From Octopus sinensis (lineage: Eukaryota), in contig NC_043010.1 in NCBI RefSeq assembly GCF_006345805.1, positions 63,674,001 through 63,738,000 of the forward strand: 64,000 bases of DNA, written 5' to 3'. The number at the start of each line of letters is the position of its first letter. Positions within the stretch are counted from its first letter, which is position 1. Below the pieces are notes generated by a model. That model saw only the letters and a list, made by a program, of their open reading frames with translations. It was not told the origin of the DNA and made no database searches. Shown here in pieces: positions 40,570 to 51,834 of this stretch. The translations under genes and the position numbers were made by a program.

Positions 40570-40731
40570 TTATAGATTATATATATGACTACTATACTTA
40601 TTGCCTGTTGTTGTAGTTGTTGTTGTTGGTAGTGGTGGTGGTGGAATTATCTGTTGGCTGTTGTTCTCTGTTTTTGAAAATCCAAATGTCATCTGAGTGC
40701 CCAACCATACTTGTTGCGTAGTGTCCTTCAT
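40570..40731 (-). other. 53-aa upstream ORF, in frame with the zinc-finger CDS
   Basis: ATG at 40731 (MKDTTQQVWLGTQ...SSHIYNL) and TAA at 40572-40570, then 10 sense codons before the main ATG at 40539. Confidence 0.6.
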
Positions 40732-40759
40732 TACCTCACAGGTACAATTGGCCAATATC

Positions 40760-40830
40760 CTAAATATCAAGAAGAAGAGAAAATATATATATATTAAACA
40801 GGAAAGAAGAAAGGAGTACGAAAACAGGAT
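40760..40830 (-). promoter_or_regulatory. Putative 3' splice acceptor of the zinc-finger exon
   Basis: Minus strand reads a pyrimidine-rich tract, ...ttttctcttcttcttgatatttAG|gatattgg, with AG at 40761-40760. Confidence 0.55.
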
Positions 40831-40913
40831 CAAAAATGAAACAAAAAGCAAAATATATATAAATCAATAAAACAAAGAAGCCTGATAATTGAGAAAGAAT
40901 AGTTCGTCGTAGC

Positions 40914-41068
40914 AGCCAATCAGAATGCTTGGTCATATCTAAGACATGGAAGTAGCCAATCAGAATAAGTTATGTTGATGAGACATATGATATGGAGGTG
41001 AACAAACAAATTAGGTTAGCATGGCTGAGATATGAAAACAGCCAATCAGAATGCTTAGTTCTGATTGG
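40914..41068. promoter_or_regulatory. Cluster of four CCAAT (NF-Y-type) boxes
   Basis: AGCCAATCAGAAT at 40914, 40954 and 41040, plus inverted TTCTGATTGG at 41059-41068. They lie about 150-300 bp upstream of the zinc-finger exon. Confidence 0.5.
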
Positions 41069-41514
41069 AAAGATTAATTGATAATTTTTTTTTTTTTAAA
41101 AAGACTGACAAACTACTGAAAACTGAGCTTTTAAATTTGCTTGCACCAAATTCCTGGCAAAACTATCTGCTATTTCCAACGAGATCTTCATCTAACTGTG
41201 TTTATTTTCAACCCTTTTGTGACATTATCTCTGTTGAAATAACCTGTGTTTCAATTAATTTTGAAATTATTCTTTTTATTCTTTGACACATTTCACTCCT
41301 AAGGCTATGGTCATGCTGGGGCACTACCAGTGAAGAACTTACTAAGATGACTTTGTCATTTTTAAACTGGTGTCTGAAACTTATAAAGGATTAGTAAAAT
41401 GACCTGTTATTATCAAGACAGTGTTTGCAACATAAATTAACAAGAAAATTTGATGGAAAGTTAGAATTTAGATCATGTTAACCTTTTAGCATTCAGATTG
41501 TTCAGTCTAATGTA

Positions 41515-41925
41515 TTACTCTTTACTCTCTTTTACTCTTTTACTTGTGTCAGTCATTTGACTGCGGCCATGCTGGAGCACCACCTTTAGTCGAGCAAATC
41601 GACCCCGGGACTTATTCTTTGTAAGCCCAGTACTTATTCTATCGGTCTCTTTTGCCGAACCGCTAAGTGACGGGGACGTAAATACACCAGCATCGGTTGT
41701 CAAGCAATGCTAGGGGGACAAACACAAACACACACACACATACATATATATATATACATATACGACAGGCTTCTTTCAGTTTCTGTCTACCAAATCCACT
41801 CACAAGGCATTGGTAGGCCCGGGGCCATAGCAGAAGACATTTGCCCAAGATGCCACGCAGTGGGACTGAACCCGGAACCATGTGGTCGGTTAGCAAGCTA
41901 CTTACCACACATCCACTCCTGCGCC
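41515..41925 (-). mobile_element. Family A SINE, full length
   Basis: Head at 41925, (gtaaaaga)n tail at 41515. Confidence 0.93.
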
Positions 41926-42023
41926 TATTATTTATTTATTATCATTGTTTTGAATTAATTATGTATTGTCTGATAGCTTTGAGATTTTTAATGAGGTAAC
42001 TATTAAATTTTAGAATGATTTTT

Positions 42024-42215
42024 AAAAAAAAGCCAAAAAAAAAAAGCATTCGAGTGAGGTCGTTGCCAACGCCGCTGGATTGGCTCCTGTGCAGGTGGCA
42101 CTTAAAAAAAACATCATTTGAGTGTGGCTGTTGCCAGTACCGCCTGACTGGCCCTCGTGCTGGTGGTACGTAAAAGTACCCACTACACTCTCAGAGTGGT
42201 TGGCATTAGGAAGGG
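42024..42215 (+). mobile_element. Truncated family C element
   Basis: gtggtacgtaaaagtacccactacactctcagagtggttggcattaggaaggg; similar to 45574-45836. Confidence 0.8.
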
Positions 42216-42282
42216 TACACATGTATATATATATATATATAAAATATACATATGTAAGTATGTATGTATGTATGTATACATA

Positions 42283-42662
42283 GGCGCAGGAGTGGCTGTG
42301 TGGTAAGTAGCTTGCTAACCTACCATATGGTCCCGGGTTCAGTCCCACTGCGTGACATCTTGGGCAAGTGTCTTCTGTTATAGCCCCGGGCCGACCAATG
42401 CCTTGTGAGTGGATTTGGTAGACGGAAACTGAAAGAAGCCTGTCGTATATATGTATATATATATATGTATGTGTGTGTGTATTTGTGTGTCTGTGTTTGT
42501 CTCCCTAGCATTGCTTGACAACCGATGCTGGTGTGTTTACGTCCCCGTCACTTAGCGGTTCGGCAAAAGAATAAGTCCCGGGGTCGATTTGCTCGACTAG
42601 AGGCGGTGCTCCAGCATGGCCGCAGTCAAATGACTGAAACAAGTAAAAGAGTAAAGAGAGTA
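42283..42662 (+). mobile_element. Family A SINE
   Basis: Inverted relative to 41515-41925, with a short internal deletion. Confidence 0.93.
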
Positions 42663-43021
42663 AGGTGTGTGTGTGTGGTCAAAAACTTTGGAACAATGTG
42701 GTTTAGTCTTGTTCCCAGAGTATGGTACAGTCAGCAGGTGTCTTATAGCAGTGGACTCACCAATGCCATATGAAAATTATTTGTAAATGGAAACTGTAGG
42801 AAGCCCTTCATATGTGTATGTGTGTGTAGAAAATACCTAGACTGTCTACTCAAGAACTGTATATAAATATGTATAATGGTGACGCACATGGACAACAATT
42901 AACAGGAAAGGCAATAAATAAAGGTAGATAATAAACCCATTTTATCAGCTGGTAAATATAAATCTAGCAGGGTTTGAACACAAAATGAAAGCCTTTTAAA
43001 TATCATGTATATATGTATATA

Positions 43022-43390
43022 TGTATTGTGGCACTCTGTCGGTTACAATGACGAGGGTTCCAGTTGATCCGATCAACGGAACAGCCTGCTCATGAAATTA
43101 ACGTGCAAGTGGCCGAGTACTCCATAGACATGTGTACCCTTAACGTAGTTCTTGGGGAGATTCAGTGTGACAAAGAGTGTGACAAGGCTGGCCCTTTGAA
43201 ATACAGGTACAGCAGAAAGAGGAAGGAAGAGTGAGAGAAAGTTGTGGTGAAAGAGTACAGCAGGGTTTGTCACCAACCCCTGCCAGAGCCTTGTGGAGCC
43301 TTAGGTGTTTTTTGCTCAATAAACACAATGCCTGATCTGGGAATTGAAATCGCGAGTCCTCTGCCCTATCCACTGGGCCATTGCACCTCC
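43022..43390 (-). mobile_element. Family D-headed SINE with an alternative 3' tail
   Basis: Head ggaggtgcaatggcccagtgg and body up to ctctcactctt match family D. The 3' part differs and matches the fragment at about 6820-6905. Confidence 0.8.
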
Positions 43391-43400
43391 TATATATATA

Positions 43401-43781
43401 TTACTCTTTTACTTGTTTCAGTCATGTGACTGTGGCCATGCTGGAGCACCGTCTTTAGTCGAACAAATCGACCCCAGGACTTATTCTTTGTAAGCCTAGT
43501 ACTTAATCTATCGGTCTCTTTTACTGAACCGCTAAGTTACGGGGACGTAAACACACCACATCGGTTGTCAAGCGATGTTGGGGGGGACAAACACAGACAC
43601 ACACATAATACATATATACGACGGGCTTCTTTCAGTTTCCATCTACCAAATCCACTCACAAGGCTTTGGTTGGCCTGAGGCTATAGTAGAAGACACTTGG
43701 CCAAGGTGCCACGCAGTGGGACTGAACCCGGAACCATGTGGTTGGTAAGCAAGCTACTTACCACACAGCCACTCCTGCGCC
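43401..43781 (-). mobile_element. Family A SINE, full length
   Basis: Collinear with the other copies. Confidence 0.93.
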
Positions 43782-44194
43782 TATATATATATGTATATAT
43801 ATACACAAGAACAAACTCAATACACAACAGGGCAAATAAGATTGCAAATTTCAGAATAAGGATACATTCACATTTACACACACATATTAATGGCTACGTT
43901 TGGGGAGGATTATGTTGCTAACATAACACATGCATTGGTTGTATATAACCTCAGTGTCATTATCAGTTAATTAAATAATTAGTTAGTTAGTTAACTAAGT
44001 AATTATCTAATTATCTGATAAAAAAAATACAGAAGAGACTAGCACATGTTTATTTAGAAAAAGATGCGCCTGAAGGGCAATTATAGCAAGCACGATCTCA
44101 CGCTGAGAATCTTGCAAAATGAATACAAAACTTTTATATATGCATACATACAATAATGGTATTCATACACACAAAGTATAAATATATATATATA

Positions 44195-44794
<600 letters not shown>

Positions 44795-44879
44795 TCATCA
44801 TCATTTAACATCTGCTTTTCATGCGGATATTAAATGATGATGATGATGACAGCAGCTCTTTGTGTCCAGAGATGATAAA

Positions 44880-45300
44880 GGAGAGTGGAAGGCCCCTAAG
44901 TAGCTATGTAAACTGATCCTTGAATGACGGTCTCGAGCACACTTGGGTCAAATACATAGGCTTTGGTCAGATGGGGGTTCCTGATGATGACTCTTTCCTT
45001 CTTCGGTGTTTCTCTGGCTTTCTCAAAAATTGTTTGCAGCAGTCTGGATGCCATCTTGCAACACCCTCCTAACATGTGGGTTTCTACTCCTGCACGGATG
45101 AGCTGTTGTTTTCAGCTGGTCTTTGAAACGTTTCTGGGAGGCTCTTCTGTCTCTTTTACCCCTGGGCTGAGCTTGCCTGCTGGAGCAAAGGCCTCCCTGA
45201 GGGAAGTGTTCCAGCCGCTTCACCTGCCTGCTGTAGAGCACCAAAGCTTGTGACTGATACAGGAGAGTAGTAATGACCAACTGTAAGTGTATTGACCAGA
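44880..45300 (-). mobile_element. RTE-clade LINE 3' remnant with internal deletion
   Basis: LVITTLLYQSQALVLYSRQVKRLEHF, GKRDRRASQKRFKDQLK and CARDRHSRISLHSY. Confidence 0.8.
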
Positions 45301-45573
45301 TCATCAGATGTTATACACGGCTGGTCACAATGCGCTTGCTCACTTTCTTGTAACTTTCAAATGATGCCACCCAGATGGCTAAGGTGGGAATGCCAATTTT
45401 TACAGCTGAGTAGCCTGGTATAACAAGCAATGAAGTGTTTTGCTCAAGAACACAATGCAACATTGGTCCAGGAATTGAAACCACAAGGTCACACACACAC
45501 ACACCGATTTCTGTGTATATGTTTGTCTGTGAGTAGTGTTGTTGTTGTCATATCAATCAATAATCCACTTGCT

Positions 45574-45836
45574 TAGCTCCTGTGCAGGTGGCACGTAAAA
45601 AAAACCATTTGAGCATGGCTGTTGCCAGTACTGCGTGACTGGCCCCCATGCCGGTGGCACATAAAAGCACCCACTACACTCTCGGAGTGGTTGGCGTTAT
45701 GAAGGGCATCCAGCTGTAGAAACTCTGCCAGATCAAGAATGGAGCCTGGTGCAGCCATCTGGTTCGCCAGTCCTCAGTCAAATCATCCAACCCATGCTAG
45801 CATGGAAAGCAGATGTTAAACGATGATGATGATGAT
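45574..45836 (+). mobile_element. Family C element
   Basis: Ends ccatgctagcatggaaagcagatgttaaac(gat)n. Confidence 0.88.
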
Positions 45837-46128
45837 ATATATATCTCCACACATGATTGTAAGGAACAATATATAAATTACGTCATATGTAAACAAACTT
45901 GGGTTTGTTATTGAAGCGCTGAAATGTATTGTAGTACAAGAAGAAAGATATATTTTTCAATGCATAAAATACCGATATGACAATATATATGGGATAATAT
46001 CCATTACCGAGCAGAAAAATCTGTCAGCAACCAGTCATGAGAATTGAACTCACATCCCTTTGATTTCCGGTCAAGTGCTCAATCATAAATGTTTATGGGT
46101 CTGTGATAAGATGAATATCTATACGTAT

Positions 46129-46402
46129 GCATGGCCGTTGCCAGCCTCGCCTGGCCCCCGGGGCCGGTGGCACATAAAAAGCACCATCCGATCGTGGCCG
46201 TTGCCAGCTTCGTCTGGTCTCCGTGCCGGTGGCACATAAAAAGCACCCACTACACTCATGGAGTGGTTGGCGTTAGGAAGAGCATCCAGCCGTAGAAACA
46301 TTGCCAGATCAAACTGGGCCTGGTGCAGCTTTCTGGCTCCCCAGACCCCAGTTGAACCATCCAACCCATGCTAGCATGGAAAGCGGACGCTAAACGATGA
46401 TG
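46129..46402 (+). mobile_element. Family C element
   Basis: Internal repeats of about 60 bp, then the conserved tail. Confidence 0.88.
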
Positions 46403-46903
46403 TGTGTATAGGAGTTCATAAAAGTGTGTGTATGTGTTGGTGTATGTATGTATGTATTTGTGCGTATATGTATATCTGTGAACATATCATATGAGTCACT
46501 GTTCATGAGTATGTGTGAGTGAGTCTCTGTATGCGTGAATGTGTTTGTGTGTATTTGTCTATGTGTTTGTGTGTTGGTAACTTCCTGGTGGAGGTGAAAT
46601 TCCCTGGAGCATGGATAATTTCACAGTCCGTGCACCTCATCTGATAACCATAAACCTAACGAGGCATTCATTACGCATTGTGATTAAAAGCAAATTGACA
46701 TAAAATTAGATTATCAATGGTATTAATCAGGAAGATAATATCATTAAAGTAAATTAACGACAAAATGTGCATTAATCAACATGAGAATCACAGTGACAGA
46801 GGATGTATAGTTGTATACTGGGTATAGAACATTACACACACACACACATATGTACTCATAAATATATATATACACATGCACACACATAAATAATATATAT
46901 ATA

Positions 46904-47363
46904 GGCGCAGGAGTGGCTGTGTGGTAAGTAGCTTGCTTACCAGCCAGATGGTTCCAGGTTCAGTCCCACTGAGTGGCACCTTGGGCAAGTGTCTTCTACT
47001 GTAGCCTTGGGCCGACCAAAGCCTTGTGAGTGGATTTGGTAGATGGAAACTGAAAGAAGCCCGTCGTATATATGTGTATATATCTATATATATATCCATA
47101 TATATATATATGTATATAAAATATATATCCATATATATATATGTATGTGTGTGTGTATATGTTGTGCATCTGTGTTTGTCCCCCCAACATCGCTTGATGC
47201 TGGTGTGTTTAGGTCCCCGTAACTTAGCGGTTTGGCAAAGGAGACCAATAGAATAAGTACTAGGCTTACAAAGAATAAGTCCTGGGGTCGATTTGATTCG
47301 ACTAAAGGCGGTGCTCCAGCATGGCCGCAGTCAAATGACTGAAACAAGCAAAAGAATAAAAGA
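46904..47363 (+). mobile_element. Family A SINE with expanded internal (TA)n
   Basis: Head at 46904, tail aagcaaaagaataaaagaa. Confidence 0.92.
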
Positions 47364-47377
47364 ATATATACACATAA

Positions 47378-47970
47378 TCACATCATCATCATCATCACTT
47401 AATCTCTGTTTTCCATGCTGGCATGGGTCGGTCAGTTTGAGAGGAGCTAGCAAGCCAGAGAGCTGTCCAGGCTCCATCTCTGTTTTGACATGGTCTCTAT
47501 GGCTAGATGCCCTTCCTAATGCCAACCACTTCACAGAGCATACTGGGTGCTTCTGTACAGTGCTGGCACAGGTGCATTTACGTGGCACCAGTACGGGTGA
47601 TTTTCATGTGGCACCAGTACCCGCAAGTCCGCAAGGTTACGAATGGCCAGCTGGAGAGGAATGCAGGGGACAGCCTGTGTGCAGGGACAACCACGCTTTT
47701 ACTTAGCCTGGCGTGTCTTTTCAAGCACAGGAAACTGTCAGAAGCCTCAGTCCCCTGTCATCCTCTCTATGAGTCCCAACATCCATTGATCCTTTCTCAC
47801 CCCTTTGTCCTGTGTCTTCCTGGGTCTACCCCTTCCACATGTTCCGTCTACAATTTGAGATTGGCACCTTTTGATGCAGCTGCCTTCATTCATACGTATC
47901 ACATGGCCGTACCAGTGTAGCCTTCTCTCTTGCAGGCTACATCTGATGCCTCATACACCCAGTTTTTACA
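47378..47970 (-). mobile_element. RTE LINE 3' end: ORF C-terminus joined to a family C-type 3' UTR
   Basis: GIRCSLQERRLHWYGHVIRMNEGSCIKRC...GTCGRGRPRKT...VLEKTRQAK*, then ggttggcattaggaagggcatc...ccatgccagcatggaaa...(gat)n. Confidence 0.88.
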
Positions 47971-48379
47971 CATATGTTGTTTAGTCCATGTCAGCTCTGA
48001 CTGAGCAGACTTATGATCAAAGGCATTCCATTCATGACCATCCTCTATCTTATTTACAGATTTAGTGTATCTAGGACAAAAAAATTTACCTAATACATCT
48101 TTCCCAATTTTAAAAGATAGCAGAGTGCAATATGAAGGAGATTTGGGCGATTTGGCTGCTATTTCTAGCAGGTCGAGCGACCATGTAAAGGCCCTTCAGA
48201 TTCAACTCTGTTTACTGTAATAGAGAGGTGTATAGAAAATACTATAGAATAGGCACTGTACCATAGAAATGTAGAGGACATGAAGAAGATGTATAGTATA
48301 ATGTAGCAGTATTTTGTAATGTAAGATATATCAGTTTTTAAGGACCATTATTTAGTTTTGATTTTACAGTTTGAAGTGG

Positions 48380-48730
48380 ATGAGAGATAAATTTCTTCCT
48401 GGTTAAATTGCTAGTCTATACAGAAGGTAACATTCCTATGAAGATCTGGTACCGATTCTTTTCAGCTAAGTGAACTGAGCTAATATAGGATATAGCGTTC
48501 TGTCTAGAAACATAACAGAGAGGATGAGACAAAAATACTCTCCTGGATAAGATGCTAGTCTATCACAGGTAACATTTCACAGACGATATGGTATCTATTC
48601 CTGACAATTGATGAACTGAGGTAATAATGTTCTCTCAAGAAACACAAGAGAGAATGAGAGAGAAATATCCACCTGGATAGGGCACCAGTCTATCACAGGT
48701 AAACTTCCCAGATGATCTGGTATCTATCAC
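48380..48730. repeat. Three diverged tandem units of about 130-140 bp
   Basis: gatgaga...cctgg...agtctat...aggtaa...tggta recurs three times. Confidence 0.65.
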
Positions 48731-48747
48731 CTTCACACAGTAAAGAA

Positions 48748-49045
48748 GTAGTTCTCAGTTTTTTTTTTATCTATGGACTCCTTTGATTACTGTTCTATTC
48801 TGGTGAACTCCCAAAGCCATTCAATGTTTAAAAACTAGTTTTATAGATATTTCTTTCAAAATTCCTATTTTGTTTTCCACATATTTACTTATGTAGGTTG
48901 AACTATGTAAAACATTAGAGGAAAAAAGCCTAGCAGTTTCTTGTGATAAATACATCCAAAGCAAAATTTTTTCATGGACCCTAAAAATACTACTATGAAC
49001 CCAATTAACTATTTTGCTCATGTGGACCCACAGGGATCATATGGC
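48748..49045. mobile_element. hAT/Charlie-type MITE fragment
   Basis: gtagttctcag start; body shared with 6944-7380, 57725-57969 and 61397-62130. Confidence 0.6.
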
Positions 49046-49350
49046 TCGACATTGCAGTAAAGTGATATTAGGTAATGTAAAATGCAGTGTCCTATTCAGA
49101 AACAAAATGAAACACCTACAGCATATTTAAACTCTTAACATATGAACAGGTTGGCCCATACCTTATGCACCCAGCCACCTCACCTGTAGATCCATACTTT
49201 TATTGGGTCATCAGTGGCGCCCTGAGTCTTGTACCCAAGGGAAATCAATTTCAGAGAGTCCTTGTCTCTCACTAAACTATCAATAGTCACAGCACTACAA
49301 GCTGAACACAGTACTTGTCAGCTTTATAGTGCTACCTCATGTCACACTGT

Positions 49351-49740
49351 GGAGGCACATGGCCTAGTGGTTAGAGCAGCGGACTCGTGGTCGAGGGATC
49401 GCGGGTTCGAATCTCAGACTGGGTGATGCGTGTTTATGAGCGAAACGCCTAATTTCCATGCGGCTCCGGCAGAAGGTAATGGCGAACTTCTAAAATAATG
49501 AAATTATTGTATACAGTGCTCAGGTGCACCACAACTTGTCAGACAGTGCATATAAAGCACATGCAGTAATGTGCAAATGTCTGACTCTTTCGCCACAACT
49601 TTCTCTCACTCTTTCCTCCTGCATCTTGCAGCTCACCTGTGACGGACTGGTGTCCCATCTGGGTGGGGAACCTATACGCCAAAGAAACCGGGAAACCGAC
49701 CCTTATGAGCCAGGTGTGGCTCGAGAAGGAACAAACAACA
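49351..49740 (+). mobile_element. Family D SINE with 13-bp TSD and a 90-bp internal insertion
   Basis: TSD catgtcacactgt/catgtcacactat at 49338 and 49739. 49491-49580 is absent from the other D copies. Confidence 0.9.
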
Positions 49741-50004
49741 TGTCACACTATTTTCCTTCCACACCTAAAATATAGCCCCATATCACACTCTTCTGTTCCT
49801 TCAGTGCAATGTCTATAACAGTAATTAGACAAATCTACAGCCTAACCCTAGTCACACTATTATTATAAAGTGCCACATATTTGCAACCTGACGTCCACTC
49901 ACTTATCTGGCCACTGCACATGTCACACTGTTATACAATTATGCACAGCTATAATATAAACTCAGTTACACTATTGTCTAATCACACAGATCTAAAACGT
50001 ACCC

Positions 50005-50715
50005 TCAAGTCACACTACCATCCAATTACAACACATTTAGGACAGACACAGCCTCAGTCACACACATCTAACAGATAGCCTCAAGTCACACTGTTATCCC
50101 ATTACACACATATTTAGGACAGACACAGCCTCAGTCACACACATCTAACAGATAGCCTCAAGTCACACTGTTATCCCATTACACACATATTTAGGACAGA
50201 CACAACCTCAGTCACACACATCTAACAGATAGCCTCAAGTCACACTGTTATCCCATTACACACACATTTAGGACAGACACAACCTCAGTCACACACATCT
50301 AACAGATAGCCTCAAGTCACACTGTTATCCCATTACACACACATTTAGGACAGACACAACCTCAGTCACACACATCTAACAGATAGCCTCAAGTCACACT
50401 GTTATCCCATTACACACACATTTAGGACAGACACAACCTCAGTCACACACATCTAACAGATAGCCTCAAGTCACACTGTTATCCCATTACACACACATTT
50501 AGGACAGACACAACCTCAGTCACACACATCTAACAGATAGCCTCAAGTCACACTGTTATCCCATTACACACATATTTAGGACAGACACAGCCTCAGTCAC
50601 ACACATCTAACAGATAGCCTCAAGTCACACTGTTATCCCATTACACACACATTTAGGACAGACACAACCTCAGTCACACGCATCAAGCACATAGCCTCAG
50701 GTTACACTGTTATCT
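50005..50715. repeat. 77-bp minisatellite, about 9 copies
   Basis: gacagacac recurs at 50041, 50118, 50195, 50272, 50349, 50426, 50503, 50580 and 50657. Core units differ at only about 2 positions. Confidence 0.97.
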
Positions 50716-51535
50716 TCTTTTGCATATCCGGTATGACACAGTCTCAGCCACACATCATTTATAACAAAGCCTTGACCCTAAATTGTAAATAATCACTTTA
50801 ATAATACTTAGCCATGATGAAATTGCTGAAATATACTCATTTACTGATGTAAGATAACTTGGTGGTCAAATATAAAACTCACCGCATGCTTTAACAGATA
50901 CAGATACTGAGGACATGTTGGCCAGGTGGTGGTGCAGGCTTTTCTGTATAAACTGTATGAATCGGTGTTGAATGGGTTCAATGTCAGGTATATCTCTAGA
51001 ATGATTTCATTGTGTAAACATGTAAACTCTTTGTCTGAAACTGTTTCTGAAAACAATTGGAAACAAACTATTTTTAAATAAAGAGTGAAAAAACAAAACA
51101 TTGGTTTACTTTTAAAAATCAATATAAATAGGCAGAGGTGCAACAGTGTAGTTGAGAAGCTTGCTTCCCATGCGTGAGGTTTTGGGTTCAGTGCCACTGC
51201 ATGGCACCTTGTGCAAATGTTTTCTACTACAGCTCCAGGTCAACCAAAGCTTGGTGAGAAGGTTCGGTAGATGGCAACTGAAAGAAGTCCATTGTGTGTG
51301 TGTGTATAAATATATGTGTATGTATGTTTGTGCATATATACACTTTCACTCTGACTTGCGACCATCTGCACTAACGATGACAAAACACAAGGAAATAAAT
51401 GAATTAATTAAAAATTGATTTTTGGACATTGAGCAGCTGCGCGTACGAAAGCTATGGCAGTATCTGGCAACACGGGCCTCCACTGCCTCCCACTATCTCT
51501 CACTCAGTCTCTTTCAAGCAAGAGTTGCGTTGGAA

Positions 51536-51822
51536 TGAACCACTATGCCATATGCTCACAGGCATATGGCATAGTGGTTCAGAGCATGGGCTACTAACCC
51601 CAAGATTCTGAGTTTGATTCCAGGCAGTCACCTGAATAATAATAATAATGATAATAATAATAATAATAAATAATAAATAATAACATTGAAAAATACCTTA
51701 GGAATGAGAACCCAGGTTTGAAATTTCCCCAAGACACCTGATGAAGGCTGGAGGGTATATCAGCTGAAACGTGTTAACAACAAACAAGATGAGGACAAAT
51801 ATCCGTCAAATGTAAATAATGT
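51536..51822 (+). mobile_element. Composite: fold-back tRNA-like head, (AAT)n and hammerhead-like motif
   Basis: Perfect 20-bp inverted repeat at 51536-51555/51562-51581. A-box tggcatagtgg and B-box-like gagtttgattcc. acac-CTGATGA-a-ggctg..cagct-GAAAC at about 51735-51770. Confidence 0.7.
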
Positions 51823-51834
51823 AGAGCAATAAGA

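Noticed and set aside
40561-40597. 37-nt GT-AG mini-intron removing the uORF stop
   Set aside because: Very short, lacks a pyrimidine tract, and would shift the frame.
49351-49425. Functional tRNA genes at SINE heads
   Set aside because: Heads run into SINE bodies with TSDs and lack a full acceptor stem and terminator.
50005-50715. Possible CRISPR-like array
   Set aside because: Units are identical end to end with no unique spacers, there are no cas genes, and the context is eukaryotic.
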